Origin: a virus
Lineage: Duplodnaviria; Caudoviricetes
Virus record (IMG/VR): IMGVR_UViG_3300034119_000831
Coordinates: 1 to 34,359 of that record
Reading direction: 5' to 3' (one strand)
DNA: 34,359 nucleotides
Shown: positions 24,472 to 34,359 of the stretch, in pieces
Layout of the letters: each line of letters starts with the position of its first letter
Position numbering within the stretch: position 1 is the stretch's first letter
Program-made: the position numbers and the translations under genes
Notes under the pieces: generated by a model
Databases searched by the model: none
Seen by the model: only the letters and a program-made list of their open reading frames with translations
What the model was told of the DNA's origin: nothing

Positions 24472-26319
24472 TCAGATCTTGTAGGCGTAGTCCTCGGGCT
24501 GCGAGCAATAGCCCGCGCACTCCAGTTCAAGACACTCCGTTTGGCAGGAACCGGCCTGCGCCGGGGGGCACTGGAACCGGCTGATGTCCCCGAACCCGGG
24601 CTGCTGGACCTCGTTGGCCAGCACGGCCAGGCGCTTCAACCGGAAGCGGCCGGAGTTCTCAAGGCGGAACTGGAACTCGAACCCCTCGCGGGTGTGCCTC
24701 CCGGACTGTGGGTCGGGGATCGCCGGGGGCTGCGGGAACGCGATGCGCGACCGCGCGGCGGGCTTGAGGATGCGGACGGTCTTGCAGGGGTACGTCGCCC
24801 CGCAGTCCTGATACCTCGCGCAGTCCTCGATGCTGCCCATCTGCGACCAGCACTCGTTCTCGTTCGGCCGGAACCGCACGGACATGGAGACGTTCCCGGC
24901 CACGCGGTCGTACCACGTCTCCGCCCCGTCCAGCCGCTTCAGCTCGTTGGGGCTGTTGAACGTCATGCCGCGCGTTTCGACGACCCACTCGATGGGCGTG
25001 TCCCCGGTCCCGCTGAAATCGAAGAGCCCGCCGCGCGTGATTTCCGTCAGGCCGATGTCCCCGGAGTCACGAAGGCACCACGCGAAGCACCGCTCCTCCA
25101 GGCGGTCCATGACCGTCGAAATCCGAAGGATGCGTTCCCCGGTCCACACGCCCTCCCACGCCGGAGGGAGCTTCCGGCCCATGCCCGAGACGAGGTTGAA
25201 GTCCAGGACGACCATGCCCATGTGGTATACGCCCCGGCCGTTCACCGACTGCGGCAGGGTCGTCATGAGCATCCGGTTGTCGAACACGACGGACGACGCC
25301 TCCGAGAGCAACGCCTGCGTGTCGTACCGGAGGGCGCGCTCGATCTGCCTCGAAATCGGGGTGTTCCCCCACTCCGTGAAGTCGCGCCGGGCGTACACCA
25401 GGCTGCGGACGCCGTCCGTCGCCCGGAAGAACAGGTCGCCGTTCACGGCCACGATGGACTCGTGGTTCATCGACCCGAAGTTCAGGAGCGCAAACCGCTG
25501 GATGGGATACCGCAGGTCCTTCCAGACGTCCCGCTCCACGGGCGCGTCGAAGGCGAACGTGCCCTGCGGGGTGAACACCAGAAGGTCGCCGTCCCCCAGG
25601 GACGTGTCGAGGTTCGCCCCGAAGGCCATGCCCGTGATGGGACCCTGCGGGGTCGCGAACGCGCCGCCCTCGTTCAGGAAGTCGTTCTCCGAAAACCGCA
25701 GGATCGTCGCGCGCTGGAGGGTCGCGTCGGACCAAATCAGGTCGCCGCCGTAGTACTCGTTCCCACGGGCGACCCAGAGGCGACCCTTGCCGTAGGCCAT
25801 GGGGCCGCCCACGGGGACCTCCCGCACGCCGGTTGAGAGCCCCCCGGAGTTCGCCCGCCGCGACCCGGCGCCGTCGTAGATGACCGGGGCGCGCAGGTTG
25901 TCCTGAACGATGAGGAAGTTCTCCGCCTGGATGAACCACGCATGGAGCTGGTTCGGGTCCGAGGCGTCCCCGGGAATCGTGATCTCCGAGACGTCGAACC
26001 CGGGGAGGCGAACAAGGAAGATTCGCCCGGAAATCGCAACGGCCAGAAACGATTCCCCGGAGTCCGAACGGTACGACCCGCACCCTTGGAACCGGCCCGT
26101 TGCGAACGCCGACTGCATGGACGCGCCCGACGCGCCCGACGGGAACCGAAGCGGTCGCCGCCACCAGCCGGGCCTCGCCTGCGGAAAGCCGCCCCGGACG
26201 GTCGTGTTGACCGCCCATGCGAGCTGGTTCGGCTGGAGAAGGGACGGCGCGAAACCGGAATCCACGCCAGCCTCAGCCGTCAGCATCCCGTCCAGAATCG
26301 TTCCGGGAGCGCGAGGCAT
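24472..26319 (-). CDS. Putative tail nozzle / tubular protein B / stabilisation protein
   Basis: 615 aa, beta-rich (NGDLFFRATDGVRSL, GRLWVA); size and position. Confidence 0.65.
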   Translation of the reverse strand: MPRAPGTILDGMLTAEAGVDSGFAPSLLQPNQLAWAVNTTVRGGFPQARPGWWRRPLRFPSGASGASMQSAFATGRFQGCGSYRSDSGESFLAVAISGRIFLVRLPGFDVSEITIPGDASDPNQLHAWFIQAENFLIVQDNLRAPVIYDGAGSRRANSGGLSTGVREVPVGGPMAYGKGRLWVARGNEYYGGDLIWSDATLQRATILRFSENDFLNEGGAFATPQGPITGMAFGANLDTSLGDGDLLVFTPQGTFAFDAPVERDVWKDLRYPIQRFALLNFGSMNHESIVAVNGDLFFRATDGVRSLVYARRDFTEWGNTPISRQIERALRYDTQALLSEASSVVFDNRMLMTTLPQSVNGRGVYHMGMVVLDFNLVSGMGRKLPPAWEGVWTGERILRISTVMDRLEERCFAWCLRDSGDIGLTEITRGGLFDFSGTGDTPIEWVVETRGMTFNSPNELKRLDGAETWYDRVAGNVSMSVRFRPNENECWSQMGSIEDCARYQDCGATYPCKTVRILKPAARSRIAFPQPPAIPDPQSGRHTREGFEFQFRLENSGRFRLKRLAVLANEVQQPGFGDISRFQCPPAQAGSCQTECLELECAGYCSQPEDYAYKI

Positions 26320-26361
26320 CTTGCGGGCAGCATCCCATGCTGGCTACCATGCGGCAAGATG
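26317..26361. promoter_or_regulatory. Symmetric divergent control region
   Basis: CATCTTGC/GCAAGATG inverted repeat including both ATGs; internal CAGCAT-CCC-ATGCTG; TACCAT 8 nt before ATG 26359. Confidence 0.55.
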
Positions 26362-28158
26362 GAAACGACGCCGGGGGCGGAAGCGCGGCCGCACACCGAC
26401 CTGAAATGGGGCACCACGGACGAGTTCCAGATCCACGCCGCCATGATGCGGGCGGGCGGGTACAAGGAGTTCAACGGGGTTCGCTACGGCGGGGGCATGG
26501 CGTTCCACACCAAGGGGGCCATGAAGGCCCTGTGGCCATGGCTCGACTGGCACCTGTGGTCGGAGCTTCTGGTGAAGTCCTTCTCGGAAAACAACGAGGT
26601 GGGCGTCATGGGGCCGGGATCCTCCGGGAAGACGTTCATCGCCTCGGCGTGGGCGCTCTGCCAGCTCTACGTCTGGCCGCAGGGAACGACCGTCATCATT
26701 TCGACGACGACGCGCGAGGGTCTCCAGTTGCGCGTGTGGGGATCCATCAAGGAACTCCACAAGAAGGCCAAGGCCCGCCGCGCGTGGCTCCCGGGCAAGG
26801 TCCACGAATCGCGCTACGCGCTGGCCACCGGCGCGGACCCGGACGCGGAGCCCGGCGAGGGCGTGGACTTCCGGGACGGCATCATCGGCGTCGCCTGCCG
26901 CGTCGGAGGGCAGTTCGTCGGCATCTCGAACTACGTCGGCATCAAGAACGACCGCATCATCCTCGTGGCCGACGAGGCGTCGCTCATGCCCCGCGGGTTC
27001 CTCGACGCCGTCCCGAACCTGCGCAAGAACCCCGTGTTCAAGCTCATCGCCCTCGGCAACCCCAAGGACCGCACGGACGCACTCGGGGTCGTGTGCGAGC
27101 CTGCCCCGGAGGCCGGGGGGTGGGATGGCCTCCCCTACGAGGAGAAGACCCGCACATGGAAAACCCGGGCCACCGGGGGAATCGCCATCCAGCTCTGCGG
27201 CTACGACACGCCCAACGGCCGGTATCCCAAGGGCCTCAACCCATTCAAGGGCATCATCACGCCGGAGCAGATTGACGCCGACCTCGCCTACTACGGCCGG
27301 GACTCGCTCCAGTTCGCCATGATGAACCTGGGCGTCATGCCCCGGGACGGCGGCTCGCGTCGCATCATCACGGCCACGCTCTGCGAGGAGAAGGGGGCCT
27401 TCGAGGAAGCCGTCTGGTCGTCGGCCGACCGCATGACCCGCGTGGTGGGGCTCGACGCCGCCTACTCCGGAATCGGGGGCGACCGCTGCGCCCTCATCCC
27501 CCTCGTCTTCGGGCCGAACCGAGCGGGGGCCAGCATCATCGCCTTCGACGGCGCCCCGGTCATCGTGCCCGTGGACGTGCGCCTGCCCGTCGCGCCCGAG
27601 GAGCAGATCGCCAGGTTCGTCATGGAATGGGCCACCACGCGCGGCATCCCGCCCGAGAACGTCGCCTTCGACTCCACCGGCCGGGGCACGCTCATGTCCG
27701 CGTTCGCCCGCCTCTGGTCCACGGCCGTCGTCCCCGTCGAGTTCGGCGGCAAGCCCTCCGACCGCCCGTGTCGGCCAGGGGATCCCAAGACCGAGATCGA
27801 AGCCTACGACCGCAAGGTCACGGCCCTGTGGTACTCCACGCGCATGGCCGTCGAATCCCGGCAGGTCCGCGCCATGCCCCGCGAGGTCGCCGAGGAGGGC
27901 GCCCTCCGCGAATGGGGCGTCGGGAAGTCCGGCAAGGTTGAGGTCGAGCCCAAGTGGAAGACCAAGGAACGCATGGGCCGCTCGCCCGACCTCTATGACG
28001 CATGGGTCGTGGGCCTCGAAGTCGCGCGGATGCGGGGGTTTTCCATTGCCTCGGGGGCCGCTCCCGGTATTGTCAAGACACGGGTGCCTTCATGGCTGCA
28101 ACGTATGCACAAGGATGCCCGGAACACGCGAAGGGGAATGGAGTTGATTCATGGCTAG
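26359..28158 (+). CDS. terL: Terminase large subunit
   Basis: Walker A GPGSSGKT, Walker B IILVADEAS, LGNP coupling motif, nuclease VVGLDAA, FDSTGRG and RSPDLYDA. Confidence 0.9.
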   Translation: METTPGAEARPHTDLKWGTTDEFQIHAAMMRAGGYKEFNGVRYGGGMAFHTKGAMKALWPWLDWHLWSELLVKSFSENNEVGVMGPGSSGKTFIASAWALCQLYVWPQGTTVIISTTTREGLQLRVWGSIKELHKKAKARRAWLPGKVHESRYALATGADPDAEPGEGVDFRDGIIGVACRVGGQFVGISNYVGIKNDRIILVADEASLMPRGFLDAVPNLRKNPVFKLIALGNPKDRTDALGVVCEPAPEAGGWDGLPYEEKTRTWKTRATGGIAIQLCGYDTPNGRYPKGLNPFKGIITPEQIDADLAYYGRDSLQFAMMNLGVMPRDGGSRRIITATLCEEKGAFEEAVWSSADRMTRVVGLDAAYSGIGGDRCALIPLVFGPNRAGASIIAFDGAPVIVPVDVRLPVAPEEQIARFVMEWATTRGIPPENVAFDSTGRGTLMSAFARLWSTAVVPVEFGGKPSDRPCRPGDPKTEIEAYDRKVTALWYSTRMAVESRQVRAMPREVAEEGALREWGVGKSGKVEVEPKWKTKERMGRSPDLYDAWVVGLEVARMRGFSIASGAAPGIVKTRVPSWLQRMHKDARNTRRGMELIHG

Positions 28159-28432
28159 ACCGCTATTTGACGGCTTGGTTGACGTCACCAAGATCGACAA
28201 GTCTGGATTGTTTGAAGGAAAGCCGCGCCAAGACGGCACGAAGCCCAAGTACATGCGGATTTCGATTTGGGCCAAGCCAGCCGACAAGTTTGGCAACACC
28301 GCGTCCGTGTCCCAGGGATTCAGCAAGGAGGAGCGCGCGGCCGGGAAGAAGATGATCTTCATTGGGGATCTCAAGACCACCGAGGATGTCCCGCGACCGC
28401 AAGCGCCCGCCGACGACGACCCATTCGCCTGA
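28151..28432 (+). CDS. Small SSB-like protein
   Basis: VDVTKIDK..LF.GK, DKFGN..SVSQ..SKEER; acidic-aromatic tail DDDPFA. Confidence 0.6.
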   Translation: MARPLFDGLVDVTKIDKSGLFEGKPRQDGTKPKYMRISIWAKPADKFGNTASVSQGFSKEERAAGKKMIFIGDLKTTEDVPRPQAPADDDPFA

Positions 28433-28435
28433 CCC

Positions 28436-28726
28436 ATGCAACCCCTCGACCGCAACGCGACCCCGCCTGGGGGCTGGAAGTTCTACCAGCCCGAAACCCA
28501 GTGGACCATGCCCACCCCGCTCAGCCAGTCGTGGAAGACCGCCGTCGAGCGCATCGTCCAGCATCGCAAGGCCAACCCCGCGCTCGCGGACACGGCCACC
28601 GTCGCCCAGGCCGAGGCCGACCTCGAAGCGTACACGCGCTCTAGGATGCCAAAGGCCATCGTGGACGACGGTTCCGGATCGGCCGTGCGCCCAAGCGGCG
28701 GGTGCGGGGGGTGCGGAAAACGATGA
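28436..28726 (+). CDS. Hypothetical protein (ends GCGGCG)
   Basis: Clean ORF with genome-like codon use, coupled to next gene. Confidence 0.7.
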   Translation: MQPLDRNATPPGGWKFYQPETQWTMPTPLSQSWKTAVERIVQHRKANPALADTATVAQAEADLEAYTRSRMPKAIVDDGSGSAVRPSGGCGGCGKR

Positions 28727-29046
28727 ACGCCTTCATTCGGGGCATGTGGAGGCTCGCCGCGTGGCTCAACTCCGGGCGCGAGCGGGTTTACCCGTTCCTT
28801 GCCGAGGAGCGGGCGGCCAAGTGTGCGGGTTGCCCGAAGAGCATCGAGCGGAGAAGGCTCTCGACCCGCGTCTTCGCCTTCGTCTTCCGGTTCCCGCGCA
28901 CGCGCACGCTTTGGGGCCGGTTCGCGGGCACCTGCGCGGCCTGCGGGTGCGACATCCCCATCAAGGTCTGGGTCCCCCTCACCGAGGCGGACAAGCCAAC
29001 CCCGGAGATGCCGCCCGACTGCTGGGTGCGGACTGAGCGCGAATGA
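28723..29046 (+). CDS. Cys-rich putative Zn-binding protein
   Basis: RAAKCAGCP...CAACGC...K...P..CW. Confidence 0.7.
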   Translation: MNAFIRGMWRLAAWLNSGRERVYPFLAEERAAKCAGCPKSIERRRLSTRVFAFVFRFPRTRTLWGRFAGTCAACGCDIPIKVWVPLTEADKPTPEMPPDCWVRTERE

Positions 29047-29939
29047 ACCCGCAGGACGTCATTGAGGCGTACTACGCGAAGAAGAAGTCGCCCAAGGCGG
29101 GGCGGACGCGGCCGGTGTTGGGTTGGGACGTGACGCCGACGTTTGAGCCTATTGGGCTTGGAGACACGGTGATGCTGACGGACATTTTGGACGCGTCGGA
29201 TGGAAAGATTCAGCCGCACTCTTGGTCGCATCACTTCCATTCCGTGTTCTCCAGGACGATGCATCAACTTGGGAAGCGCAACCCAATGATGGTGGACCTG
29301 TGCCAAGCCTACCATGAATGGGACCTTGGAGGCGGGCATCTTACGCAGCGATTCCGAAGGTTGTTCGGAATTCCTGTTCAACACGTTCCAAGCGGGTCGT
29401 TGCGTTCCATTTCAAGGCGTCGGAAGGGTCGGGTGATTCTGCACATCGAGGCTGGAAAGCATGTCGAATGGCAACGCGTGAACATCCACCCTCGAGCGCG
29501 CGAGTTCTACCCGGAGCATTTGGAATCACTTCAGGCGTTCGCCCGCGAGCGCAAGGACCTTGAGTTTGTGACCGTTGGTGGTCGCGGGCTTTACTGGTGC
29601 TCGCATCAGGAAACAAGGGACGCGGCTGAACTTATCGATTTTATGGCCACGGGGGAGTGGTTCGTTGGGATTGTGAGCGGCCCCATGCACGTTGCCGCGG
29701 CGCTTGGTTTGAAATCCGTTGTGGCGCTCAACTTCCCGGACCCGAGGAAGATCATGCTGCCAACCGTTTGCGCGCTTGGGACGGTCGAGGAGGAATGGCT
29801 CTATCCCCAGAACGTCCACCTCCACGAGGACGCTTCCGGGCCGCTCGTTCCGAAGTTTTCCAAGCGCAACCTCCACCGCGCATTCGATGGGGAAGTGTAT
29901 CCGTTTTGGAAAACCGATTTGCTTGGGCTTGTTGAATGA
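29043..29939 (+). CDS. Glycosyltransferase, GT9 (heptosyltransferase-like)
   Basis: GLGDTVMLT and FVGIVSGPMHVAAALG motifs. Confidence 0.8.
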   Translation: MNPQDVIEAYYAKKKSPKAGRTRPVLGWDVTPTFEPIGLGDTVMLTDILDASDGKIQPHSWSHHFHSVFSRTMHQLGKRNPMMVDLCQAYHEWDLGGGHLTQRFRRLFGIPVQHVPSGSLRSISRRRKGRVILHIEAGKHVEWQRVNIHPRAREFYPEHLESLQAFARERKDLEFVTVGGRGLYWCSHQETRDAAELIDFMATGEWFVGIVSGPMHVAAALGLKSVVALNFPDPRKIMLPTVCALGTVEEEWLYPQNVHLHEDASGPLVPKFSKRNLHRAFDGEVYPFWKTDLLGLVE

Positions 29940-30523
29940 AGACGATTTCCGCAACCGCCTACGCCATGACTGGCGTTCATGGAAGCGCCGTCACGCGCGA
30001 TGAGCTTTTTGAGCTGGCGCGTCTTTGGGACGATGTTGGCGGGAACATTGTCGAGGTTGGAACCCAATGCGGGCAGACGTCTCGGGCGCTGGCAATGCAC
30101 GCTCCACATAGGACCGTGTTCACGGTGGACACAATTCACCCTTCGGACCTGCCGGAAATGCAGAAGAAGGAGCAGCCAGCGCTCGAAAACGTCGCTTGGC
30201 ATTGCAGGGGGTTGCCGAACGTCTTTGTTTCACTGGATGGGTTTGAGTCCTTCCGGATGGAAAACAAGGGGATCCGGATGGCGTTCATCGACGGAGACCA
30301 CAGCCTTGAAGGCGTCGCCAGGGACACCGCCAAGGTCCTGAACTACGCCGTTCGCGCGGGTCAAAAGTTCGTCATCGCGTGGCATGACTACAACATCGGT
30401 GACGATCACTGGTGCGGCGTGTACAGGGTGGTGGAACACTTTCATTCCTCGGGTAGGATACCGGAGCATTTCCACCTGTCCGGGACTCGCCTTGCCTTCA
30501 CTGTCATCAACCCGCAATCCTAG
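29936..30523 (+). CDS. Class I SAM-dependent methyltransferase (Methyltransf_24-like)
   Basis: IVEVGTQCGQT, AFIDGDHSLEGV..D, IAWHDY. Confidence 0.85.
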   Translation: MKTISATAYAMTGVHGSAVTRDELFELARLWDDVGGNIVEVGTQCGQTSRALAMHAPHRTVFTVDTIHPSDLPEMQKKEQPALENVAWHCRGLPNVFVSLDGFESFRMENKGIRMAFIDGDHSLEGVARDTAKVLNYAVRAGQKFVIAWHDYNIGDDHWCGVYRVVEHFHSSGRIPEHFHLSGTRLAFTVINPQS

Positions 30524-30526
30524 CCC

Positions 30527-32800
30527 ATGAGCCTCAAGTCTCCCCAGAAGACCCTCAACATGATCCGCGCCATGATGGACGCGGACAGGTCGAGGTCCAC
30601 CAACCGCGTCCGCATCCAGCGCCTCTTCAACGGGGCGCCGCCCTACACCGCGGAGGAAGCCGAGTCCCTCAAGGCGCAGACCAACATTTCCTTCCTGGAG
30701 GGCGTTCGCATCATGAACGGCGCGCGCTCGCAGTTCTCGTCGGCGCTCCTCAAGCCCGGCAACTTCTTCGACGTCTCCGTGGACTTCGGCCCGGAACACA
30801 AGCGCGTCTCGTGGGGAAACATCATCACCAAGGAGGTCAACCGCATCATGAAGCGGTCCAGGGCCTACCGCGACGTCATCGAATCCCAGGTCGGAAACAT
30901 CTGCCTCCACGGCGTCGGCCCCGTCACCTGGCTCCGTGACCGCGACTGGTGCCCGAAGCCCCACGCCATCGAGGACGTCCTCGTCCCGGCCAACACCCTG
31001 CAATCACTGGAGAACCTGACGCACTTCGCCGTCCACGTCGCCTTCACGTTGCAAGACCTCGTGCGCATGACCCGTCTGGACAAGGACGGATGGGACATGA
31101 ACCTCGTCAACGCCATCCTCCAAAGCCTCGGGAAGATGGAACTCGACGCCGTTTCAACGCAGACGACCTCCGACCCCTACTACTTCCCCGAGAAGGTCGA
31201 GGAAGACCTCAAGGAGGACTCCATCTACTACGGCTCCGACGCCGTCCCCGTTTGCTGGGTCTGGGACTTCTACTACCTCGACACGTCCTGCGACTGCGGG
31301 CCGTCGTGGAAGCGCCGCATCCTCGTGGACCAGACCCAGCAGGGCCTCCCAACCACGGCGGCCATGGACCGCTGGCTCTACAACCCGGGCGACCGCTGCC
31401 ACGGCAAGGACGTCTCCCAAATCATGCACGTCCAGTTCGCCGACGGCGCCGTCAAGCCGCCGTTCCGGTGGCACTCCACCAGGTCCCTCGGCTACCTCCT
31501 CTACGGCGTGTGCCACCTCCAGGACCGGCTCCGGTGCCGGTTCACCGACTCCGTCTTCGAGCAAATGCTCTGGATGTTCCGGGTTCGCTCCGAGGAGGAC
31601 CAGGAGGCCGTCCGCAAGGTGGACCTCGGCCACATGGGCGTCGTGCCGGATGGGTTGTCGTGGGTCCTGCCCAACGAGCGGCAGCAGATCGACGTCAACC
31701 TCATGACGCAGGGGTTCGCCATGAACCGCCAGAACATGGCCGAAAGCGCCGCCCAGTTCCAGACGGACGTCAACGACGGCACCCAGAAGGAAATGACCGC
31801 CACCGAGGTCATGGCCCGCGCCAACGCATCCAACGCCCTCATGGGCTCCATGCTCTCGCGCGCTTACACCATCGCCGAGGACCAGTACCGCGAAATCCTT
31901 CGCAGGTTCTTCACCATCGACCACGAGGACTGCAAGCGGTTCCGGCAGCGGTGCGAGGCGCAGGGCGTTGACCCGGTTTGCTGGGAACGCATCGACGACA
32001 TGGACGTCATGGCCGAGCGCGCCGTCGGAAGCGGCAACAAGATGCTCGAAATCGCCGCAGCCGAGAAGCTCATGGCCGTCCGGCCCATGCTCTCGCCCAT
32101 CGCGCAGCAGACCGTCCTCCACATGTACGTCGAGGCCAACACCGACAACGCCGGGTTGGCGTCGAGGCTGGTGCCACTGGAGGAGGCCGGGCCTTCGAGG
32201 GCCGTCGAGCGGGCCACCCTCGCGTGGGGAACCCTCTGGACCGGCCAGCCTGTCGTCATCGCCGACGCCATCAACCGCGTCGAGTACGTCGGCACCCTCT
32301 TGCAGATGCTCGACGCTCAATTGCAGAAGACCGAGCAGCAGGGCGGGATGCCCCAGCCGCAGGACGTCATGGGCATGATGAACATCATGCAGCACGTCCA
32401 GGAGCAGGCCGCGCGACTGGAGGGCGACGAGTCCATGCAGCCCTTCATCCGGCAGGTCGGCGACGCGCTCAAGAACGCCGGGAACATGGTCAAGGCGTAC
32501 ATGGAGCGCATCCAGGAGGCGCAGATGGCCCAGGCCGAGGGGCAGGGACAGGCGCAGGACCCAAAGGTCCAGGCCATGCTCATCCAGGCCGAGGCCAAGG
32601 CACGCATCGCCGAGGCCAACGCGGCCCAGAAGCGCGAGCAGCGAGACCTCCAGTTCGTCGCAGACCAACGGCGAAAGGACGCCGCCGTCGTCGGCGAGGC
32701 CCAGCGATCCGGCGCGCGCGTCCAGGCCGAAATCGCCGCCACCGACCTCCGCACGGCCGCAGAGATTCAACGGGGAAGCCAGACACCAGCCAACGAATGA
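30527..32800 (+). CDS. Portal protein
   Basis: 757 aa; EMTATEV motif; Q/A-rich helical C-terminal barrel as in P22-like portals; gene order. Confidence 0.8.
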   Translation: MSLKSPQKTLNMIRAMMDADRSRSTNRVRIQRLFNGAPPYTAEEAESLKAQTNISFLEGVRIMNGARSQFSSALLKPGNFFDVSVDFGPEHKRVSWGNIITKEVNRIMKRSRAYRDVIESQVGNICLHGVGPVTWLRDRDWCPKPHAIEDVLVPANTLQSLENLTHFAVHVAFTLQDLVRMTRLDKDGWDMNLVNAILQSLGKMELDAVSTQTTSDPYYFPEKVEEDLKEDSIYYGSDAVPVCWVWDFYYLDTSCDCGPSWKRRILVDQTQQGLPTTAAMDRWLYNPGDRCHGKDVSQIMHVQFADGAVKPPFRWHSTRSLGYLLYGVCHLQDRLRCRFTDSVFEQMLWMFRVRSEEDQEAVRKVDLGHMGVVPDGLSWVLPNERQQIDVNLMTQGFAMNRQNMAESAAQFQTDVNDGTQKEMTATEVMARANASNALMGSMLSRAYTIAEDQYREILRRFFTIDHEDCKRFRQRCEAQGVDPVCWERIDDMDVMAERAVGSGNKMLEIAAAEKLMAVRPMLSPIAQQTVLHMYVEANTDNAGLASRLVPLEEAGPSRAVERATLAWGTLWTGQPVVIADAINRVEYVGTLLQMLDAQLQKTEQQGGMPQPQDVMGMMNIMQHVQEQAARLEGDESMQPFIRQVGDALKNAGNMVKAYMERIQEAQMAQAEGQGQAQDPKVQAMLIQAEAKARIAEANAAQKREQRDLQFVADQRRKDAAVVGEAQRSGARVQAEIAATDLRTAAEIQRGSQTPANE

Positions 32801-33087
32801 AGACACCCAGACAGCAGTTCTGCGAACAGAAGGAGATCGCCCAGGCCGCAATGGACGCCATAGCGTCCGCTCCGGTCCAGCGCGCCATGCACGCCGCGTT
32901 CGAGCAGGTTGCGTGGACCCTCGGGACCGACGGGCTCGCGCACGCCAAGATCGCCGGGGCTCGCGCGTTCATGGATGCGCTCAACGCCATCGGCATCCCG
33001 CACGAGCCACGGAAGGTGCAACAGTTTGGAGTTCTCGACGATCCGGATGAACTGGGCGGCGGGAGCAGAAAGGGAGCAAACCAATGA
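32797..33087 (+). CDS. Small protein between portal and scaffold (Bbp19-like position)
   Basis: ATGA coupling; KIAGARAFMDAL helix. Confidence 0.65.
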   Translation: MKTPRQQFCEQKEIAQAAMDAIASAPVQRAMHAAFEQVAWTLGTDGLAHAKIAGARAFMDALNAIGIPHEPRKVQQFGVLDDPDELGGGSRKGANQ

Positions 33088-34349
33088 GCGAGGAATGGGA
33101 GGCGTCATTCGACGCCATGAGCGGGGACACGTCAACGGAAACGCCGGGCGCAGCGCAGGCGGCGCCATCCCAAGGCGGGGCAACGCCAGGGGCAAGCGCC
33201 GCTGTTGAAAAGGAACTCCAGCCGGGGCAAATCCCGGACGGCGTCCAGAAGCCAACCGATGCACCGCAGGGGAAGTCGGCGCCGCAGGACAAGACCGCGC
33301 CGCAGGGGAAGCCCGGCAAGGCCAAGCCCGATTTGTTTCGGACGGACGACATTCCGGACGACGAACCGGAACAGGCGAAGGGGGAGCCAGCCAAGCAGGA
33401 GCCTCCCAAGAAGAAGGACGGCATCGCGGCCCTTCGGGAAACCTATGAGTTGACGAAGAACGAGAAGGCCAAGCTGGAGGCCCGCGTCCAGGAGCTCGAA
33501 CGTACCCGCGAGGAGGGCACCAAGGCCGAGGTCGCCAAGGCCACCGCCGAGCTTCAAAAGCAGATCGACGACATCCGCAAGGCCCGCGAGGAGGCCGAAA
33601 CCGAGCTGCGGTTCGCCAACTACGCGCGGAGCAACGAGTACAAGGAGAAGTACCAAGCCCCGTTGCAGGCGGCCTACAAGCAGGCCATCGAGGACATCAA
33701 GGGCGTGCAGGTCGTGGACGAGGAAGGCGGCACGCCGCGGGACGCATCCGCGTCCGAGTTGCAGGCCATCCTCGAAGCGCCTTCGGCCGCAAAGGCGGCC
33801 CAGCTTGCGACCGAAATCTTCGGGTCCGCCGCACCCCTCGTCATGCAGCACCGCGCCGAAATCCTGAAGCTCGACGCGGCGCGGCGGGCGGCGTTGGACG
33901 AGTACAAGGCCAAGGGCGCCGAGCGCGAGAAGGCCAAGGCCGAGGAGATCCAGCGAACCCAGAAGGAAATCCGCACGCGCTGGGAAAGGTCCATTGATGC
34001 CACCGTCTCCGAGAGGCCGTCCCTCTACGCGCGTCCGAAGGAAGACGACCTCGCCAAGGCATGGGACCAAGGGGACAAGCTCGTGAAGCTGGCCTTCCTT
34101 GGGGAAATCCCGGCAGACGTCGATGCCGGAGACGATCCGTCCGGGCTCGCCCTGGAGGCGCAGGCCGAGGTCGCAGCCCGCGTTCGCTCCTTCAACGTCA
34201 TGGCCCACAGGAACGTCGCCCTTCGCAGGGAGGTTGCGTCCCTCAAGGCCGCGCTGGAAAAAATGAAGGGCTCCGAGCCCGGGCAGCACACCAAGGCCAC
34301 CGAGCCTCCCAAGGGCGAGTCTTGGGAGGAGAAGCTCGACGCGCTGTAA
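33084..34349 (+). CDS. Putative capsid scaffolding protein
   Basis: Disordered acidic/Pro N-terminus and long coiled coil; follows portal. Confidence 0.7.
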   Translation: MSEEWEASFDAMSGDTSTETPGAAQAAPSQGGATPGASAAVEKELQPGQIPDGVQKPTDAPQGKSAPQDKTAPQGKPGKAKPDLFRTDDIPDDEPEQAKGEPAKQEPPKKKDGIAALRETYELTKNEKAKLEARVQELERTREEGTKAEVAKATAELQKQIDDIRKAREEAETELRFANYARSNEYKEKYQAPLQAAYKQAIEDIKGVQVVDEEGGTPRDASASELQAILEAPSAAKAAQLATEIFGSAAPLVMQHRAEILKLDAARRAALDEYKAKGAEREKAKAEEIQRTQKEIRTRWERSIDATVSERPSLYARPKEDDLAKAWDQGDKLVKLAFLGEIPADVDAGDDPSGLALEAQAEVAARVRSFNVMAHRNVALRREVASLKAALEKMKGSEPGQHTKATEPPKGESWEEKLDAL

Positions 34350-34359
34350 CCGCCCACGT

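Larger units (their letters stand above)
1..34359. mobile_element. Tailed bacteriophage (podovirus-like) genome segment
   Basis: TerL, portal-like, scaffold-like, tail and ejection-like genes, a RecT/RecE-like pair and many short ATGA-coupled ORFs; no host genes; no tape measure or sheath recognised. Confidence 0.93.

Overview
The whole window looks like a high-GC, podovirus-like tailed phage (or prophage) segment; no host housekeeping genes, integrase, polymerase or capsid gene were recognised. Layout: (i) 1-1015 is a palindrome-rich control or terminus-like region with a perfect chromosomal-type parS palindrome (845-860). (ii) 1016-5456 (+) is a run of small early genes, including a RadC/JAB protein, several headed by a conserved hairpin-AAGGA-A/C-rich leader. 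(iii) 5457-5673 is a convergent junction holding a sigma70-like promoter, a G/U-rich stretch and a terminator, i.e. a candidate ~60-nt sRNA partly complementary to those early leaders. (iv) 5674-10747 (-) is a RecT/RecE-like recombination and accessory operon with tandem Ala/Trp-repeat paralogues. (v) 10841-26319 (-) is a tail/ejection module ending in a 3256-aa polyvalent protein with ParB-like, SF2 helicase and ART-like domains. (vi) 26359-34349 (+) holds TerL, an SSB-like gene, a GT9 glycosyltransferase plus methyltransferase, portal and scaffold. All calls come from motif reading and gene order; no database searches were run.
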